From NCBI GenBank assembly GCA_964498685.1, contig CAZCGO010000004.1, positions 8,496-72,495 on the forward strand: a stretch of 64,000 bases of DNA. The letters are read 5' to 3'. Shown here piece after piece: positions 28,899 through 38,094 of the stretch (the first letter of the stretch is position 1; each line of letters starts with the position of its first letter). The notes under the pieces are model-generated. The model made no database searches. It worked only from the letters and a program-made list of their open reading frames with translations, and had not been told where the DNA came from. The position numbers and the translations under genes were made by a program. The DNA is from an uncultured Hyperthermus sp. Its GTDB lineage: Archaea > Thermoproteota > Thermoprotei_A > Sulfolobales > Pyrodictiaceae.

Positions 28899-29183
28899 CT
28901 AGTCCTCTACAGTTCTAGGCGCGACTACGTAGCCTTTCTCGGTCTTCGCAGCGTTCAGCAGCGCATAGTCCCTCTCAAGGCCGGCGCCTGGGACGTCTTC
29001 ACGGAGCTTGCCTGCCTCATCCTCGTTGGGGTGGTACAGGGGCTCCACGTTCTCGGTGTCCGCGTTTAGCAGCCTATCTATGAGCGTCCTCATGGCGTTG
29101 AGCCTCCTCTCCAGCTCCCTAGCCTCCTCCTCGTTTAGCTCTAGCCTAGAAAGCCAGGCTAGGTGACGTATATCGAAATCCAT
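28899..29183 (-). CDS. gatC: Asp/Glu-tRNA amidotransferase subunit C
   Basis: 94 aa. IRHLAWLSRLELNEEEARELERRLNAMRTLIDRLLNADTENVEPLYHP...LREDV. Confidence 0.85.
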   Translation of the reverse strand: MDFDIRHLAWLSRLELNEEEARELERRLNAMRTLIDRLLNADTENVEPLYHPNEDEAGKLREDVPGAGLERDYALLNAAKTEKGYVVAPRTVED

Positions 29184-29211
29184 GGTGCCACGCCTCTGCC
29201 GGCGGCCCTCG

Positions 29212-30255
29212 CTACGACTCCCTGGGCTGATAGAAGGCGTTTATGCCTAACTCGCGGGAAACGTATGAGGCGAAAACCTGTGCTGCCTCTCCTCCACGCG
29301 AGGAATCAACCACCAGTAGCCGCGGCCGAGCCTCTTCCACGTACTCGACAAGCTGCGTGAAGTCGGCATGGTCGCTGAACGAGACTATCCAGTCCCGAGG
29401 ACCAACGCGCCTATAAGGCGAGCCGAACTCCCACCCACTGAGAAGTATGTTGACAGCGCCGTTCGGGCCTGCTAAGTGGCGCCGCCGCCAGCGGAAAAAG
29501 TGCTCAAACGCAATATACCATCCACCTCTTTTTACCTCAAAGCACTCGGGCGAAGACTCGACAACAAAATCGCCGAGCCGGTAGCCGTGCCTCTCGAGCA
29601 CCTCAACCACTCTCTTCTTCTTAGCTGGCAGCACAAAAGGCGCAGTAACGCCCATCCTGCGTAACAGTATCATTACCTCCTCTATCTTCCCGTTATAGGC
29701 ATAGATCCTTACGGGCCCATGCATCAGCGCCTCATTAACTATGTCTGCGAGGAGGTACTCGATCTCGTCCTGCCAGGGCCTCCGCCACTCGGGCTTGCCA
29801 TATGTAGCGTCTATTACCAGGACATCGAGATCCTGCAGCACGACGGTTCCAGGCAGTTTAAAGTCGCCGGTGTAGCCTACTCTCAGCCCCTCTGGGTGCT
29901 CGACCACCACCTCAGCGGCACCGGGGACATGGTTGGCACGGTGAAGGGTCACCACGTAGTCTTCTATCCTCATCCTTGTCCCATAGGATGCCTCTATTCG
30001 CCGATGCAGGGGGAGCCTGTGCCCGTGCGCCTCGAGAAGCTCTATGGTGAGAGGCGTGGCGACAAGGAGCTGGCCGGCCCTTGCGCTGCGTGAGAGGTAC
30101 CTAGTATGGTCGTTATGTATATGGGTAACCACGCGTGCCGTGGCGCCGTCGTAGTGGCCGTCGGCTACAATGCTGCTAGAGAGAATTATCGCCCCGTTCC
30201 TTTCGACGAAGCTCCTAAGCCTCAATATCTCGGTCATTGTTGTCATCCTTTTCAC
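29212..30255 (-). CDS. short beta-CASP / metallo-beta-lactamase family nuclease-like hydrolase
   Basis: HIHNDH (HxHxDH), GYTGDFK, DATYG (beta-CASP motif A-like), SFSDHAD (motif C-like). 347 aa. Confidence 0.7.
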   Translation of the reverse strand: MKRMTTMTEILRLRSFVERNGAIILSSSIVADGHYDGATARVVTHIHNDHTRYLSRSARAGQLLVATPLTIELLEAHGHRLPLHRRIEASYGTRMRIEDYVVTLHRANHVPGAAEVVVEHPEGLRVGYTGDFKLPGTVVLQDLDVLVIDATYGKPEWRRPWQDEIEYLLADIVNEALMHGPVRIYAYNGKIEEVMILLRRMGVTAPFVLPAKKKRVVEVLERHGYRLGDFVVESSPECFEVKRGGWYIAFEHFFRWRRRHLAGPNGAVNILLSGWEFGSPYRRVGPRDWIVSFSDHADFTQLVEYVEEARPRLLVVDSSRGGEAAQVFASYVSRELGINAFYQPRES

Positions 30256-30442
30256 TCTCTATTACAGTGGCGTGATGATAGTGTGCCGTAATACTGCCTA
30301 TGCTTAACTACAGTTAAGCTTTGGCTCAAATCCCTCTGGATTGGTGTGGGCCGCTCTCGGTGAGGGTATTACCACTACGCTATGGTGCTTCTAGACAGCT
30401 AGACTCCGGCTCCGTATGATGTGTATATGGGGGCGAAGAGAG

Positions 30443-30452
30443 TAATTTTTAA
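30443..30452 (+). promoter_or_regulatory. TATA-like box (taatttttaa) about 42 nt upstream of the 30494 start; a GGTGG Shine-Dalgarno-like element lies at 30485-30489
   Basis: Inferred from position and composition only. Confidence 0.35.
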
Positions 30453-30493
30453 CTCGGGGGCAGAATGTCTAGAGCACTTGGAGTGGTGGGACT

Positions 30494-31510
30494 ATGCTGC
30501 TACCGCCTCTGACCTTGGAGGCCAGGGTACCTCGTAGGTTCAAGGAGTTAGCCGCGGCAGCGCAGGGCAAGCTGGGCGGAATATCGGGCCTTGTTGAGTT
30601 CTATAAGGATATGCTAGCAGGCGCTGCGAGTCCGGGAGAGGAGCCCAAGCGCGTAAGCGAGATAGTGGGCGGCATAGTGCGCGTAGAGATGCTTGGAGAG
30701 AAGTACGTAGCCCTAAAGAACTTCGGTATGAGCGACCTCCTCTACTACCTAAGGATGATGCAGAGCTTCGGCCTAGTCAAGGTAATAGCCTACAGCGAGG
30801 CGCCTAGGAGGCTCAACGATGTGGCGCTGCAGCGCACTGCGCTCGGCGAGACCGTGTTCAAGGCTGCCGATAGGCCAGAGGCTGCTGCCATGTTCGGCTT
30901 CTACATGGGTATAGTGTTCGACACGCCTGCGAGGCACGTGCTATTCGTGGGCCACAACAGCGAAAGTATAATCGATATAGCTCTTAACGAGAACTTCAGG
31001 AAGGCGTACGCCTACAACACGGTGCTAAGCGGGCAGGTGCTTCTACGCGCTAGCGCCGAGCAGATGCTTGCCAGCGGCAGAGGCAGGCCCTGGTACGAGC
31101 CCTTCAGCGACCTCAGCGGCATAGTGGCCCTGCTCGGTGCGCTGCAGGCGGCCAAGATAAGGCCCAGCCCGGACAAGATACTAGGCATACGTGTCCTCAG
31201 CAAGATAAAGAAGCAGGTACTGAAGCTCGTCGACCCCTATGGTGACTACATGCTGCCAAGAGGCACGCTGGTGCTCGAGCTGGACAAGCTGATAAATGAG
31301 CGTGAGGAAGACCCCGTGACAGGCATGAAGTACGATGAAATAGGCGTGGGCATGGCTAAGGACATAACCTGGTTCCGCGGCAAGATACCGAGCCGGGCAT
31401 ACAACGCACTAGAGGCGATAGCTAAAGCCGTCAAGGAGAACCGCGAGGAGATAAAGAAGGAGCTCGGGCAGCTCTACAACCTAACCTTTGGCTTCAGCAA
31501 GGAGCAGTAA
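30494..31510 (+). CDS. hypothetical protein (338 aa), no recognisable family
   Basis: Clean ATG ORF with upstream TATA- and SD-like elements and an oligo-T tract downstream. Soluble, with mixed charge. Confidence 0.65.
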   Translation: MLLPPLTLEARVPRRFKELAAAAQGKLGGISGLVEFYKDMLAGAASPGEEPKRVSEIVGGIVRVEMLGEKYVALKNFGMSDLLYYLRMMQSFGLVKVIAYSEAPRRLNDVALQRTALGETVFKAADRPEAAAMFGFYMGIVFDTPARHVLFVGHNSESIIDIALNENFRKAYAYNTVLSGQVLLRASAEQMLASGRGRPWYEPFSDLSGIVALLGALQAAKIRPSPDKILGIRVLSKIKKQVLKLVDPYGDYMLPRGTLVLELDKLINEREEDPVTGMKYDEIGVGMAKDITWFRGKIPSRAYNALEAIAKAVKENREEIKKELGQLYNLTFGFSKEQ

Positions 31511-31539
31511 CGGGTAACGGCCAAGATACAGTCTATAGA

Positions 31540-31587
31540 GTACCTGCATTGTTTTTCTCCTCCAGCTCCTGCCTACATGCAGGGTAC
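31540..31587 (+). terminator. imperfect inverted repeat (gtacctgcat ... atgcagggtac) enclosing a T5 tract (31552-31556); a second T4 at 31609-31612
   Basis: Lies 30-100 nt after the 31510 stop. Archaeal termination typically uses oligo-T tracts. Inference only. Confidence 0.3.
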
Positions 31588-31723
31588 CTCCCGGTTGATG
31601 ATGCATTGTTTTCGCGGCGTTTCCGTGTCCTACAGCATGGCTCTGCTCATACAGCACCCCGTAGCCGTTACCCTTAAAAAGGGGGCTCGTCTGGCTGTAC
31701 CGTGTTATATGGATAGGCGTTCT

Positions 31724-31800
31724 GGGCCCGTAGCTCAGCCCGGCAGAGCGCCCGGCTCATAACCGGGTGGTCGGGGGTTCGAATCCCCCCGGGCCCACCA
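31724..31800 (+). tRNA. tRNA with CAU anticodon (elongator Met or Ile2/agmatidine type), CCA encoded
   Basis: GGGCCCG-TA-GCTC-AGCCCGGCA-GAGC-G-CCCGG-CTCATAA-CCGGG-TGGTC-GGGGG-TTCGAAT-CCCCC-CGGGCCC-A-CCA. Met versus Ile2 cannot be decided by eye. Confidence 0.9.
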
Positions 31801-31980
31801 CCGCTGGGCTCTGCTCGTCCTGCCCTGGTATGTTCCACTAAGGGTTCTTCTCCGGGTTGTGTCGTCCTCGTCTCCTCCTCTCTGGGAGACTCCTAGAAGC
31901 CCCGGGATTAGAGGTAAGCTTCATAAAGGGGGCTGGCTGGTGGGAGTGTCATGGCCGCCGGGTCTGGGTTAGCGACCTGG

Positions 31981-32057
<77 letters not shown>

Positions 32058-32188
32058 CTTCTCGGCCTCGCTGCTGCACGGCTCTGCTGGTAGCAGCTGC
32101 GCCCGGGCTCCATGTATTGGAAGGGATTTGTGTGGGGTCTGGTGGCGTGGGGCGCGACGCTGCCTGGGGGCTCCCCCTGTTATGGTAC

Positions 32189-32656
32189 ATGTATACGAGG
32201 GGCGGATGTGCTGAGAGGGGCCTACTCGCCCACTATCTCGGGGTTGACTTGGCTGCTGTGAGGCGCATGCTTTGGGGGCTCCGCCGTCGAGGCCTGGTCA
32301 GCTTTGATGGTGGGAGCGCCTGTGTGACGAAGGCGGGGGTGCGCCGCGTCGGGGACTTCTTCTACGCGGCGCGTAAGCGTGGGAAGTTTAGCTTCCTCTC
32401 ACCCAGCCTGCTCGTCTACGTGGTTGTACGTGCAAAGGGTGCTAGGGCTCACGTCGTGCCTTTGGAGCTGGCTTGCCGCGTCTGCAGTGAGGCCGCCTCG
32501 TCTCTGTCGGCGGGGCCCCGCCGGGTCGCCTCGCGGCTAGGAGTTGCGTCGAAGACTGTATCCTACGTGTTGAAGGCGCTTGACGTGCTTGGCTGCCCTT
32601 CGAGCGTTTGCCCCCTTAGCTGTTGCGGTGCACAGGGTGTGGGTGGAAAGAGTTAA
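32189..32656 (+). CDS. hypothetical protein, possible winged-helix (weak)
   Basis: Sits between two tRNA genes. The longest ORF starts inside tRNA-Asn, so I trimmed it to ATG 32189 (MYTRGG...). AVRRMLWGLRRRGLVSF is wHTH-like. High-GC context, so it could be spurious. Confidence 0.3.
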   Translation: MYTRGGCAERGLLAHYLGVDLAAVRRMLWGLRRRGLVSFDGGSACVTKAGVRRVGDFFYAARKRGKFSFLSPSLLVYVVVRAKGARAHVVPLELACRVCSEAASSLSAGPRRVASRLGVASKTVSYVLKALDVLGCPSSVCPLSCCGAQGVGGKS

Positions 32657-32754
32657 ACCCCCTCGGGGCGTTATGCTAGCTGTATACTGGGTTGAGCCCC
32701 CGGCTGACCCGCATAGGCGGGGATGAGCTGCATGGTGGGCCCAGAGAGAGGTAT

Positions 32755-32898
32755 GGGCCCGTAGCTCAGCTAGGCAGAGCGCCGGGCTCCAGACCAGCCG
32801 GTCCACACGGCCACTAGGCGCCGGGTCTGTCGATATACCTGTCTCGATGAGAGGGAGAGACCCGGAGGTCGGGGGTTCAAATCCCCCCGGGCCCACCA
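32755..32898 (+). tRNA. tRNA-Trp (CCA) with a ~67-nt intron (about 32793-32859), CCA end encoded
   Basis: GGGCCCG-TA-GCTC-AGCTAGGCA-GAGC-G-CCGGG-CTCCAG[intron]A-CCCGG-AGGTC-GGGGG-TTCAAAT-CCCCC-CGGGCCC-A-CCA. Intron GGGAG can pair with the anticodon-loop CUCC, as expected for a bulge-helix-bulge site. Confidence 0.9.
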
Positions 32899-33052
32899 TG
32901 TTGCCCTCCACTTTCTCCACGCACGGCTGCTGCGTTGACGGCCTCCGGCGCCAAGACGCTGCCCAGGCACGTTTCGCCGTCCCTGCCGGCTGCTTGTAGG
33001 AGACGTGAAATAGGCCCGGGGTCGGTTGCCGTGCCGTCTGGGTGCGTTTGCG

Positions 33053-34306
33053 GTGTCGCGGATACGTGACCCCTCGCTTGCGGAGCAGGGCAGGCTGCAG
33101 ATAGAATGGGCAGAGATGCATATGCCCGTCGTTGCCCGCTATATTAGGAGCCGGTTCAGCGAAGAGAAGCCCCTTGAGGGTGTCCGCGTCGGTGCCGTGC
33201 TTCACGTGACGAAGGAGACGGCTGCCCTGGTGCGTACGCTGGTATCCGGGGGCGCTGTTGTGAGGCTCGCCGCCAGCAACCCGCTCAGCACACAGGACGA
33301 CGTAGCCGCTGCCCTGGCGTCGCAGGAGGGTATAGAGGTCTGCGCCTGGAAAGGGATGAACGAGGACGAGTACTTCTCGTGCATACGCTGGGTGGCCGAA
33401 TGGGAGCCCAATATAGTGATAGATGACGGCGGTGATCTCCACGCGCTCCTTCACCGGGAGTACCCCGAGGTGGCCTCCAAGGTCTGGGGCGGCACCGAGG
33501 AGACGACGACGGGCGTCATACGTCTCCGTGCAATGTCTAGCCAGGGGGTTCTCCGCTACCCGGCAATAGCCGTGAACGATGCCTACACAAAAATGATGTT
33601 TGACAACCGGTACGGTACAGGCCAGAGCACTATCGATGGCATCCTCCGCGCGACTAACATACTCTTTGCGGGCAAAACCGTGGTGGTCGCCGGCTATGGC
33701 TGGGTTGGCCGTGGAATAGCTATGAGGGCCCGCGGCATGGGGGCCAAGGTCGTTGTGACAGAGGTTGACCCGATAAGAGCACTGGAGGCCGCAATGGACG
33801 GCTACCTCGTGATGCCTATGCTAGAGGCGGCGAAGATAGGCGACATATTCATAACAGCCACGGGGGACAAGAAGGTTATACGCAGGGAGCACTTCGAGGC
33901 AATGAAGGACGGAGCTATACTGGCCAACGCAGGCCACTTCAACGTCGAGATATGGATACCCGACCTCGAAGCCCTCGCGACGTCTAAGAGAAAAATAAGG
34001 CCATACGTGACCGAGTACCGTCTACACGACGGCCGCCGCCTCTACCTGCTGGCAGAGGGCAGGCTTGTCAACCTTGTAGCCGCAGAAGGGCACCCCAGCG
34101 AGGTCATGGACATGAGCTTCTCCAACCAGGCTCTCGCGGCAGAGTACCTCGTGAAGAACCGTGGCAGGCTCCGGCCAGGCCTCTACCGTGTACCCAGAGA
34201 GATCGACGAGACGGTTGCCAGGCTGAAGCTGAAAGCGATGAACATAGAGATTGACAGGCTAACCGAGGAACAGGAAGAGTACCTCCACAGCTGGCAGCTT
34301 GAATAA
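33053..34306 (+). CDS. ahcY: adenosylhomocysteinase
   Basis: [22 protein letters not shown] site [38 protein letters not shown]. Trimmed to GTG 33053; the longest ORF starts at TTG 33026. Confidence 0.95.
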   Translation: MSRIRDPSLAEQGRLQIEWAEMHMPVVARYIRSRFSEEKPLEGVRVGAVLHVTKETAALVRTLVSGGAVVRLAASNPLSTQDDVAAALASQEGIEVCAWKGMNEDEYFSCIRWVAEWEPNIVIDDGGDLHALLHREYPEVASKVWGGTEETTTGVIRLRAMSSQGVLRYPAIAVNDAYTKMMFDNRYGTGQSTIDGILRATNILFAGKTVVVAGYGWVGRGIAMRARGMGAKVVVTEVDPIRALEAAMDGYLVMPMLEAAKIGDIFITATGDKKVIRREHFEAMKDGAILANAGHFNVEIWIPDLEALATSKRKIRPYVTEYRLHDGRRLYLLAEGRLVNLVAAEGHPSEVMDMSFSNQALAAEYLVKNRGRLRPGLYRVPREIDETVARLKLKAMNIEIDRLTEEQEEYLHSWQLE

Positions 34307-34516
34307 CCCCTATGGCTGTTCCCCGGGCCGCAGGGGGCTATGAAGTCTTACAGCCGAGCCGAGGCCCCAGAGGGGGCCGCTGCGGAGTTTCGCCCCTAGG
34401 AGCCCCCGCCTCTACGCACAGCCGCCGATGAAGACTACGCCAGCGCCTGACCCTCCCTAGAGGAGCCTGCTGGCTCAGGGGGTGCTGAGTGACTTGGCTC
34501 CGAGGCTCTCCCGGTC

Positions 34517-35347
34517 CTAGCTCTCTTCCTGCGCCGGCTCTTCTGTGAGCTTCCACGCGCGCTTCGTGGCGTCGAAGTATATGAGGCCGCTCTCCTTAAG
34601 CCTTTTGAATAGGTCGTACTGCTGGCTGGTCAGTAGAAGTTTTATCTCGTCCTCGTTCGCGGTCGGCAGGGCCTCTAGCTTCTCCTTGAAGTTGTTCCAG
34701 AAGGAGGGGTCAACTGCAACCCTCTCGCCGCCTAGCTCGAGAATGACCGCGCCCTCCCTACGCAGCTTCTCGAAGAAGGCATCCCGGTCCCGCAGCCACT
34801 GAACGTCGTGCTCGTATACTACACCCTGCTCTCTCAGCCTGTCTATTGCGGTGCGCCTCCTACCGTGGCGGTGCTCCCTACGCTCATACTGGTGGCCGCC
34901 TGGGGGAGGGTACGCAGCCTGGACCTCCCTCCTCTCCCGCTGCGGCTGCTGCGTCCTCTGCCCGCTCTCGACCTCTCTCAGCCTCTCCTCTATGGATTCC
35001 AGCTTCTCCTGTAGCTCGGCCAGCCTGGCCTGAACCTGGTCTATCTTAGCGGTCCACGGGTTCACCATGTCCTGCAGGCGGCGCTGTAGACGGGCCAGAA
35101 CCTTCTCGATGATACGGTCCACGTCAATGGCCTCTACCTCAACTTTCCCCTCTTCTCCTACAAGCTTTCTCAGTTCCTCCCTTACTATCTCCCGCAGCCT
35201 CTCGTCTCCCTCCTCGCCATACCCCAGTTCTCTTAGGACTATGCTCCTCACGTAGTCTGAGACGAGGCTGTAGCCTCGCCTCTCCGCCCGGCGCCGCAGC
35301 TCCTCATATACGTCCTCGGGTAGTGTGAAGGCAACCAGTCTTGCCAC
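34517..35347 (-). CDS. ribbon-helix-helix (CopG-like) domain protein with coiled coil and C-terminal globular domain
   Basis: N-terminus MARLVAFTLPEDVYEELRRRAERRGYSLVSDYVRSIVLREL is an RHH pattern. The central part is a heptad-like, E/R/L-rich segment. The C-terminal ~110 aa are unassigned. Confidence 0.65.
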   Translation of the reverse strand: MARLVAFTLPEDVYEELRRRAERRGYSLVSDYVRSIVLRELGYGEEGDERLREIVREELRKLVGEEGKVEVEAIDVDRIIEKVLARLQRRLQDMVNPWTAKIDQVQARLAELQEKLESIEERLREVESGQRTQQPQRERREVQAAYPPPGGHQYERREHRHGRRRTAIDRLREQGVVYEHDVQWLRDRDAFFEKLRREGAVILELGGERVAVDPSFWNNFKEKLEALPTANEDEIKLLLTSQQYDLFKRLKESGLIYFDATKRAWKLTEEPAQEES

Positions 35348-35566
35348 AGCCTCGCCACCCGTCTCTAGACTAGCAGCCTACACGCCGCTATGAAAACACC
35401 GCATTGGGGCCCGTTCCCCGCGCATTCCCGGCCCCCAATGGTGCGGGGAAAGCACCCCAGGCAGGCCCCTCCGCAAGAGGAGCCCAATTATTAAGACCTG
35501 CTTTGCCTCCACCGACGGGCACTGGGAGCTAAAGGGCCCTGGAGGAGGTAGAGAGGTGGAACCGGC

Positions 35567-36040
35567 ATGGATGAGGTAATTGCAGTACTGTACGACGTCT
35601 CGAGCGCGCAGCGCCTCATAGACATGGCAAGGCTCGTCTACGGGCTGGGTCTGCGCCACTTCGTAGTGGTTAAAGCCTATGGCGCGGCGGCCTCGAGCGG
35701 CGTGCCGGAGGTCAACCGGCTCGCCCTACGCTTAGGGAAGAGCCTAGCAGTGCTACCCACGCTCCGCGACTTTGTGGAGATATACAAGCCTGGCAGGATC
35801 GTGGTCGTGAGCCGCGAATATGGTGAGGCGCGCCCGCTCGAAGAGATAGCTGACATGCTTCTCCGTGGTCAGAAGCCCGTAGCCCTGCTAGTAGGCGGGA
35901 TAGACCCGGCGCCGGGCAAGGAGGCCGCCACGGTCGGTGAGGCAGTGTATCCGGCGGGCGCCGAGGCGCGTCTCGGCCCAGTGGCTGAGGCGGCGCTCAT
36001 ACTCTACGAGGCGCTCCGCCGCTCCCCCGCTCAACGCTAG
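35567..36040 (+). CDS. conserved-looking hypothetical protein (157 aa), possibly SPOUT-like; unassigned
   Basis: Clean ATG ORF with alternating beta/alpha pattern (VIAVLYDV...HFVVVKAYG...IVVVSRE...ALLVGG). Family assignment is only a guess. Confidence 0.5.
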   Translation: MDEVIAVLYDVSSAQRLIDMARLVYGLGLRHFVVVKAYGAAASSGVPEVNRLALRLGKSLAVLPTLRDFVEIYKPGRIVVVSREYGEARPLEEIADMLLRGQKPVALLVGGIDPAPGKEAATVGEAVYPAGAEARLGPVAEAALILYEALRRSPAQR

Positions 36041-37041
36041 CTGTTTTCAAGCCTCCTCCGAACCTCCCAGGCGATGGCCTCAGCCAGCGGCACGGGGACG
36101 GCCTCGCCGACCTGGTTGTATTGCTCGTCGCGGCCTCCAAGGAACACGTGGTCGTCAGGGAAACCCATCAGCCGCGCCTGCTCCCTCACGGTGAGGAAGC
36201 GGTCCTCAAAGGGGTGGATGAACCTGCTGCTGCCCAGCACTGTTGGCGCGTGGCGCCGTGGGTCGAGCCTAATAAGGTTGGGCAGCCTCCTCCCCTCGGC
36301 GCCCTCATAGTATATCATTGCTTGGCCCCAGCGTAGCCGCGCTATCCTCTTCAGCTTCCTGGGGGAAACGGGCGGGGCCTCATGGTTGGGCGGCTGTCTC
36401 GAGCCGGGCGCCGGCAGGCCCCTTAGGGCCTCGCTCACCGTGATTAGGCGCTTCGCGGGGCGCGGGTGGAGCGGCACGTTTGAGACGAATACGCGCAGCC
36501 GGTGGCTGGGCGTACCGTACCGTTCAGCTAGTAGCTTGTTGAAATAGATAACGGGGTAGCCTGCTTCGGCGAATATCCTCCTAAGCTCGTCCTCAACGTC
36601 CAGTATGCCCGGCACGTTCTCCATGACAAAGATTTTTGGCCTCAGCTCCGCCACGATGCGTGCAAAGTGGAGTACGAGCTGGCCTGCGGGATCCTCGTAC
36701 AGCCTCTCCACGGGGTCACGTCTACGCCTAGGGTTCGCGCCAGTGTATGGCTCGCAGGGCGGGCTCCCGATTACAACGTCCGGCCTGCCGGCGAGGCGCT
36801 CGATCAGCAGCCCGCCTACCTCCTTGATGTCCATGGAGAGGGCTACCGCCTCCGGGAAGTTCGCCTTAAAACTCCTAATAGCTGCCGGGTCGTTGTCTAC
36901 GCCTAGGAGCACGCGGAACCCTGCACGCCTAAAGCCTTCCGCGAAGCCGCCGGCGCCGCTGAATAGGTCAACCAGTGTTGGCCCGTCTCCCCGCACCAAC
37001 CTCAGCCTCCAGGAGGGACACGTATCGGCGGAGAATCTCAA
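36037..37041 (-). CDS. DNA (cytosine-5)-methyltransferase family protein
   Basis: Motif [16 protein letters not shown], motif [11 protein letters not shown], motif [23 protein letters not shown], motif X-like [12 protein letters not shown]. Start uncertain: TTG 36999 and GTG 36996 are alternatives. Every option overlaps the tfe 3' end. Confidence 0.85.
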   Translation of the reverse strand: MRFSADTCPSWRLRLVRGDGPTLVDLFSGAGGFAEGFRRAGFRVLLGVDNDPAAIRSFKANFPEAVALSMDIKEVGGLLIERLAGRPDVVIGSPPCEPYTGANPRRRRDPVERLYEDPAGQLVLHFARIVAELRPKIFVMENVPGILDVEDELRRIFAEAGYPVIYFNKLLAERYGTPSHRLRVFVSNVPLHPRPAKRLITVSEALRGLPAPGSRQPPNHEAPPVSPRKLKRIARLRWGQAMIYYEGAEGRRLPNLIRLDPRRHAPTVLGSSRFIHPFEDRFLTVREQARLMGFPDDHVFLGGRDEQYNQVGEAVPVPLAEAIAWEVRRRLENS

Positions 37042-37504
37042 TCCTCATATCCCTATCCTCGTCGGGCTGGAGCGGCGAGCCGCAGCGGGGACAGGTGAAC
37101 TCGTACTCCAGGGCCTCGTCGAAGGTATACCGTGTCCCGTCGAGAGGGCATACAAAGTACTGGGTCTCCTCCTCGCTGGCCAGGAGCGAGCGCAGCCTCT
37201 CCAAGGCAGCACGCTTACGCGCCTCCAACACGCTCGGGAGGCCCTCGTAGTTTATCCTCCAGTAGAACACTATGCGGCCCTTCTCCGGGTGGCGCAGTTT
37301 ACGGTAAACCACGAAGCCCTTCTCGGCTAGCAGGTTCAGGACGCGGCGCACAACGCTCCCCCGGAGCTCGCTCTTCTCTATTATATCGTACTCGGAGAGT
37401 TCGTCGCCGGCCTCGTAGAGTATCTCGAAGACCCTCCTAGCGTCCCTGTCTATCAGCCTCTCGACGAGCAAGTAGAGCTTCTTTATCTCCTGGTTCTCGC
37501 TCAC
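36968..37504 (-). CDS. tfe: transcription factor E (TFIIE-alpha homologue)
   Basis: Winged helix ([31 protein letters not shown]) plus zinc ribbon ([13 protein letters not shown]...[10 protein letters not shown]). Confidence 0.9.
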   Translation of the reverse strand: MSENQEIKKLYLLVERLIDRDARRVFEILYEAGDELSEYDIIEKSELRGSVVRRVLNLLAEKGFVVYRKLRHPEKGRIVFYWRINYEGLPSVLEARKRAALERLRSLLASEEETQYFVCPLDGTRYTFDEALEYEFTCPRCGSPLQPDEDRDMRIEILRRYVSLLEAEVGAGRRANTG

Positions 37505-37527
37505 TACAAGGCACCCTAGAATTAATA

Positions 37528-38094
37528 CTAGCCTCCTTCCAGGCTTACTACCTTTTTGCCGCGCGGCGAGGGGATAATCTTAACCCTGGCATTGTCGAAC
37601 TCGAGGCGCAGCTCGCGGCCCTCATACAGCCTGTCTAGGAAAACAGCCAGCGCGGCAACCTCGCTATGAGGCTGGTTCCCTACGGCCACGTTGTAGTCGG
37701 CGTTCTCGTAGTAGAAGGGCGGCACCTTCTCCGCGCCGACAACAATCAGCTTAGGCCGCCTGCTCTCGCGTATAGAGGCTATCACGTCGTCCACGTGGAG
37801 CCCGTACATGGTCAAGTGGATTACCTCGCCCCCCTCCTCGCGCCAGCGCCTCACGTAGCTCCGCCCAGGCACGCCGCAGGCCAGCTCCATGTAGCCCCCC
37901 CAGCGCTCCAGCACACCCCGTATAGACGACATGACCTGCTCGTCGCAAAGGTCGGCGAGAACGAAGCCGTTGGCGCCAAACGCCCTAGCCACAAGCCCCA
38001 CATGCGTAGTGATCCTCTTGTCGCGCTCCGGCCGGTGGCCGAGCCTCAACACGTAGACCTTTCCATACCTCTCAGCAGGGTGGCCAGACGGCAA
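37528..38094 (-). CDS. trm56: tRNA (cytidine56-2'-O)-methyltransferase aTrm56
   Basis: [33 protein letters not shown] is the aTrm56 SPOUT signature. The start may be GTG 38052 instead of TTG 38094. Confidence 0.85.
   Translation of the reverse strand: MPSGHPAERYGKVYVLRLGHRPERDKRITTHVGLVARAFGANGFVLADLCDEQVMSSIRGVLERWGGYMELACGVPGRSYVRRWREEGGEVIHLTMYGLHVDDVIASIRESRRPKLIVVGAEKVPPFYYENADYNVAVGNQPHSEVAALAVFLDRLYEGRELRLEFDNARVKIIPSPRGKKVVSLEGG

Noticed and set aside
32537-33454. 305-aa minus-strand ORF
   Set aside because: It runs antisense across tRNA-Trp and the 5' end of ahcY. Its product is a low-complexity Arg/Pro/Gly-rich sequence, so it is a GC-driven shadow ORF. The same applies to 32770-32970.
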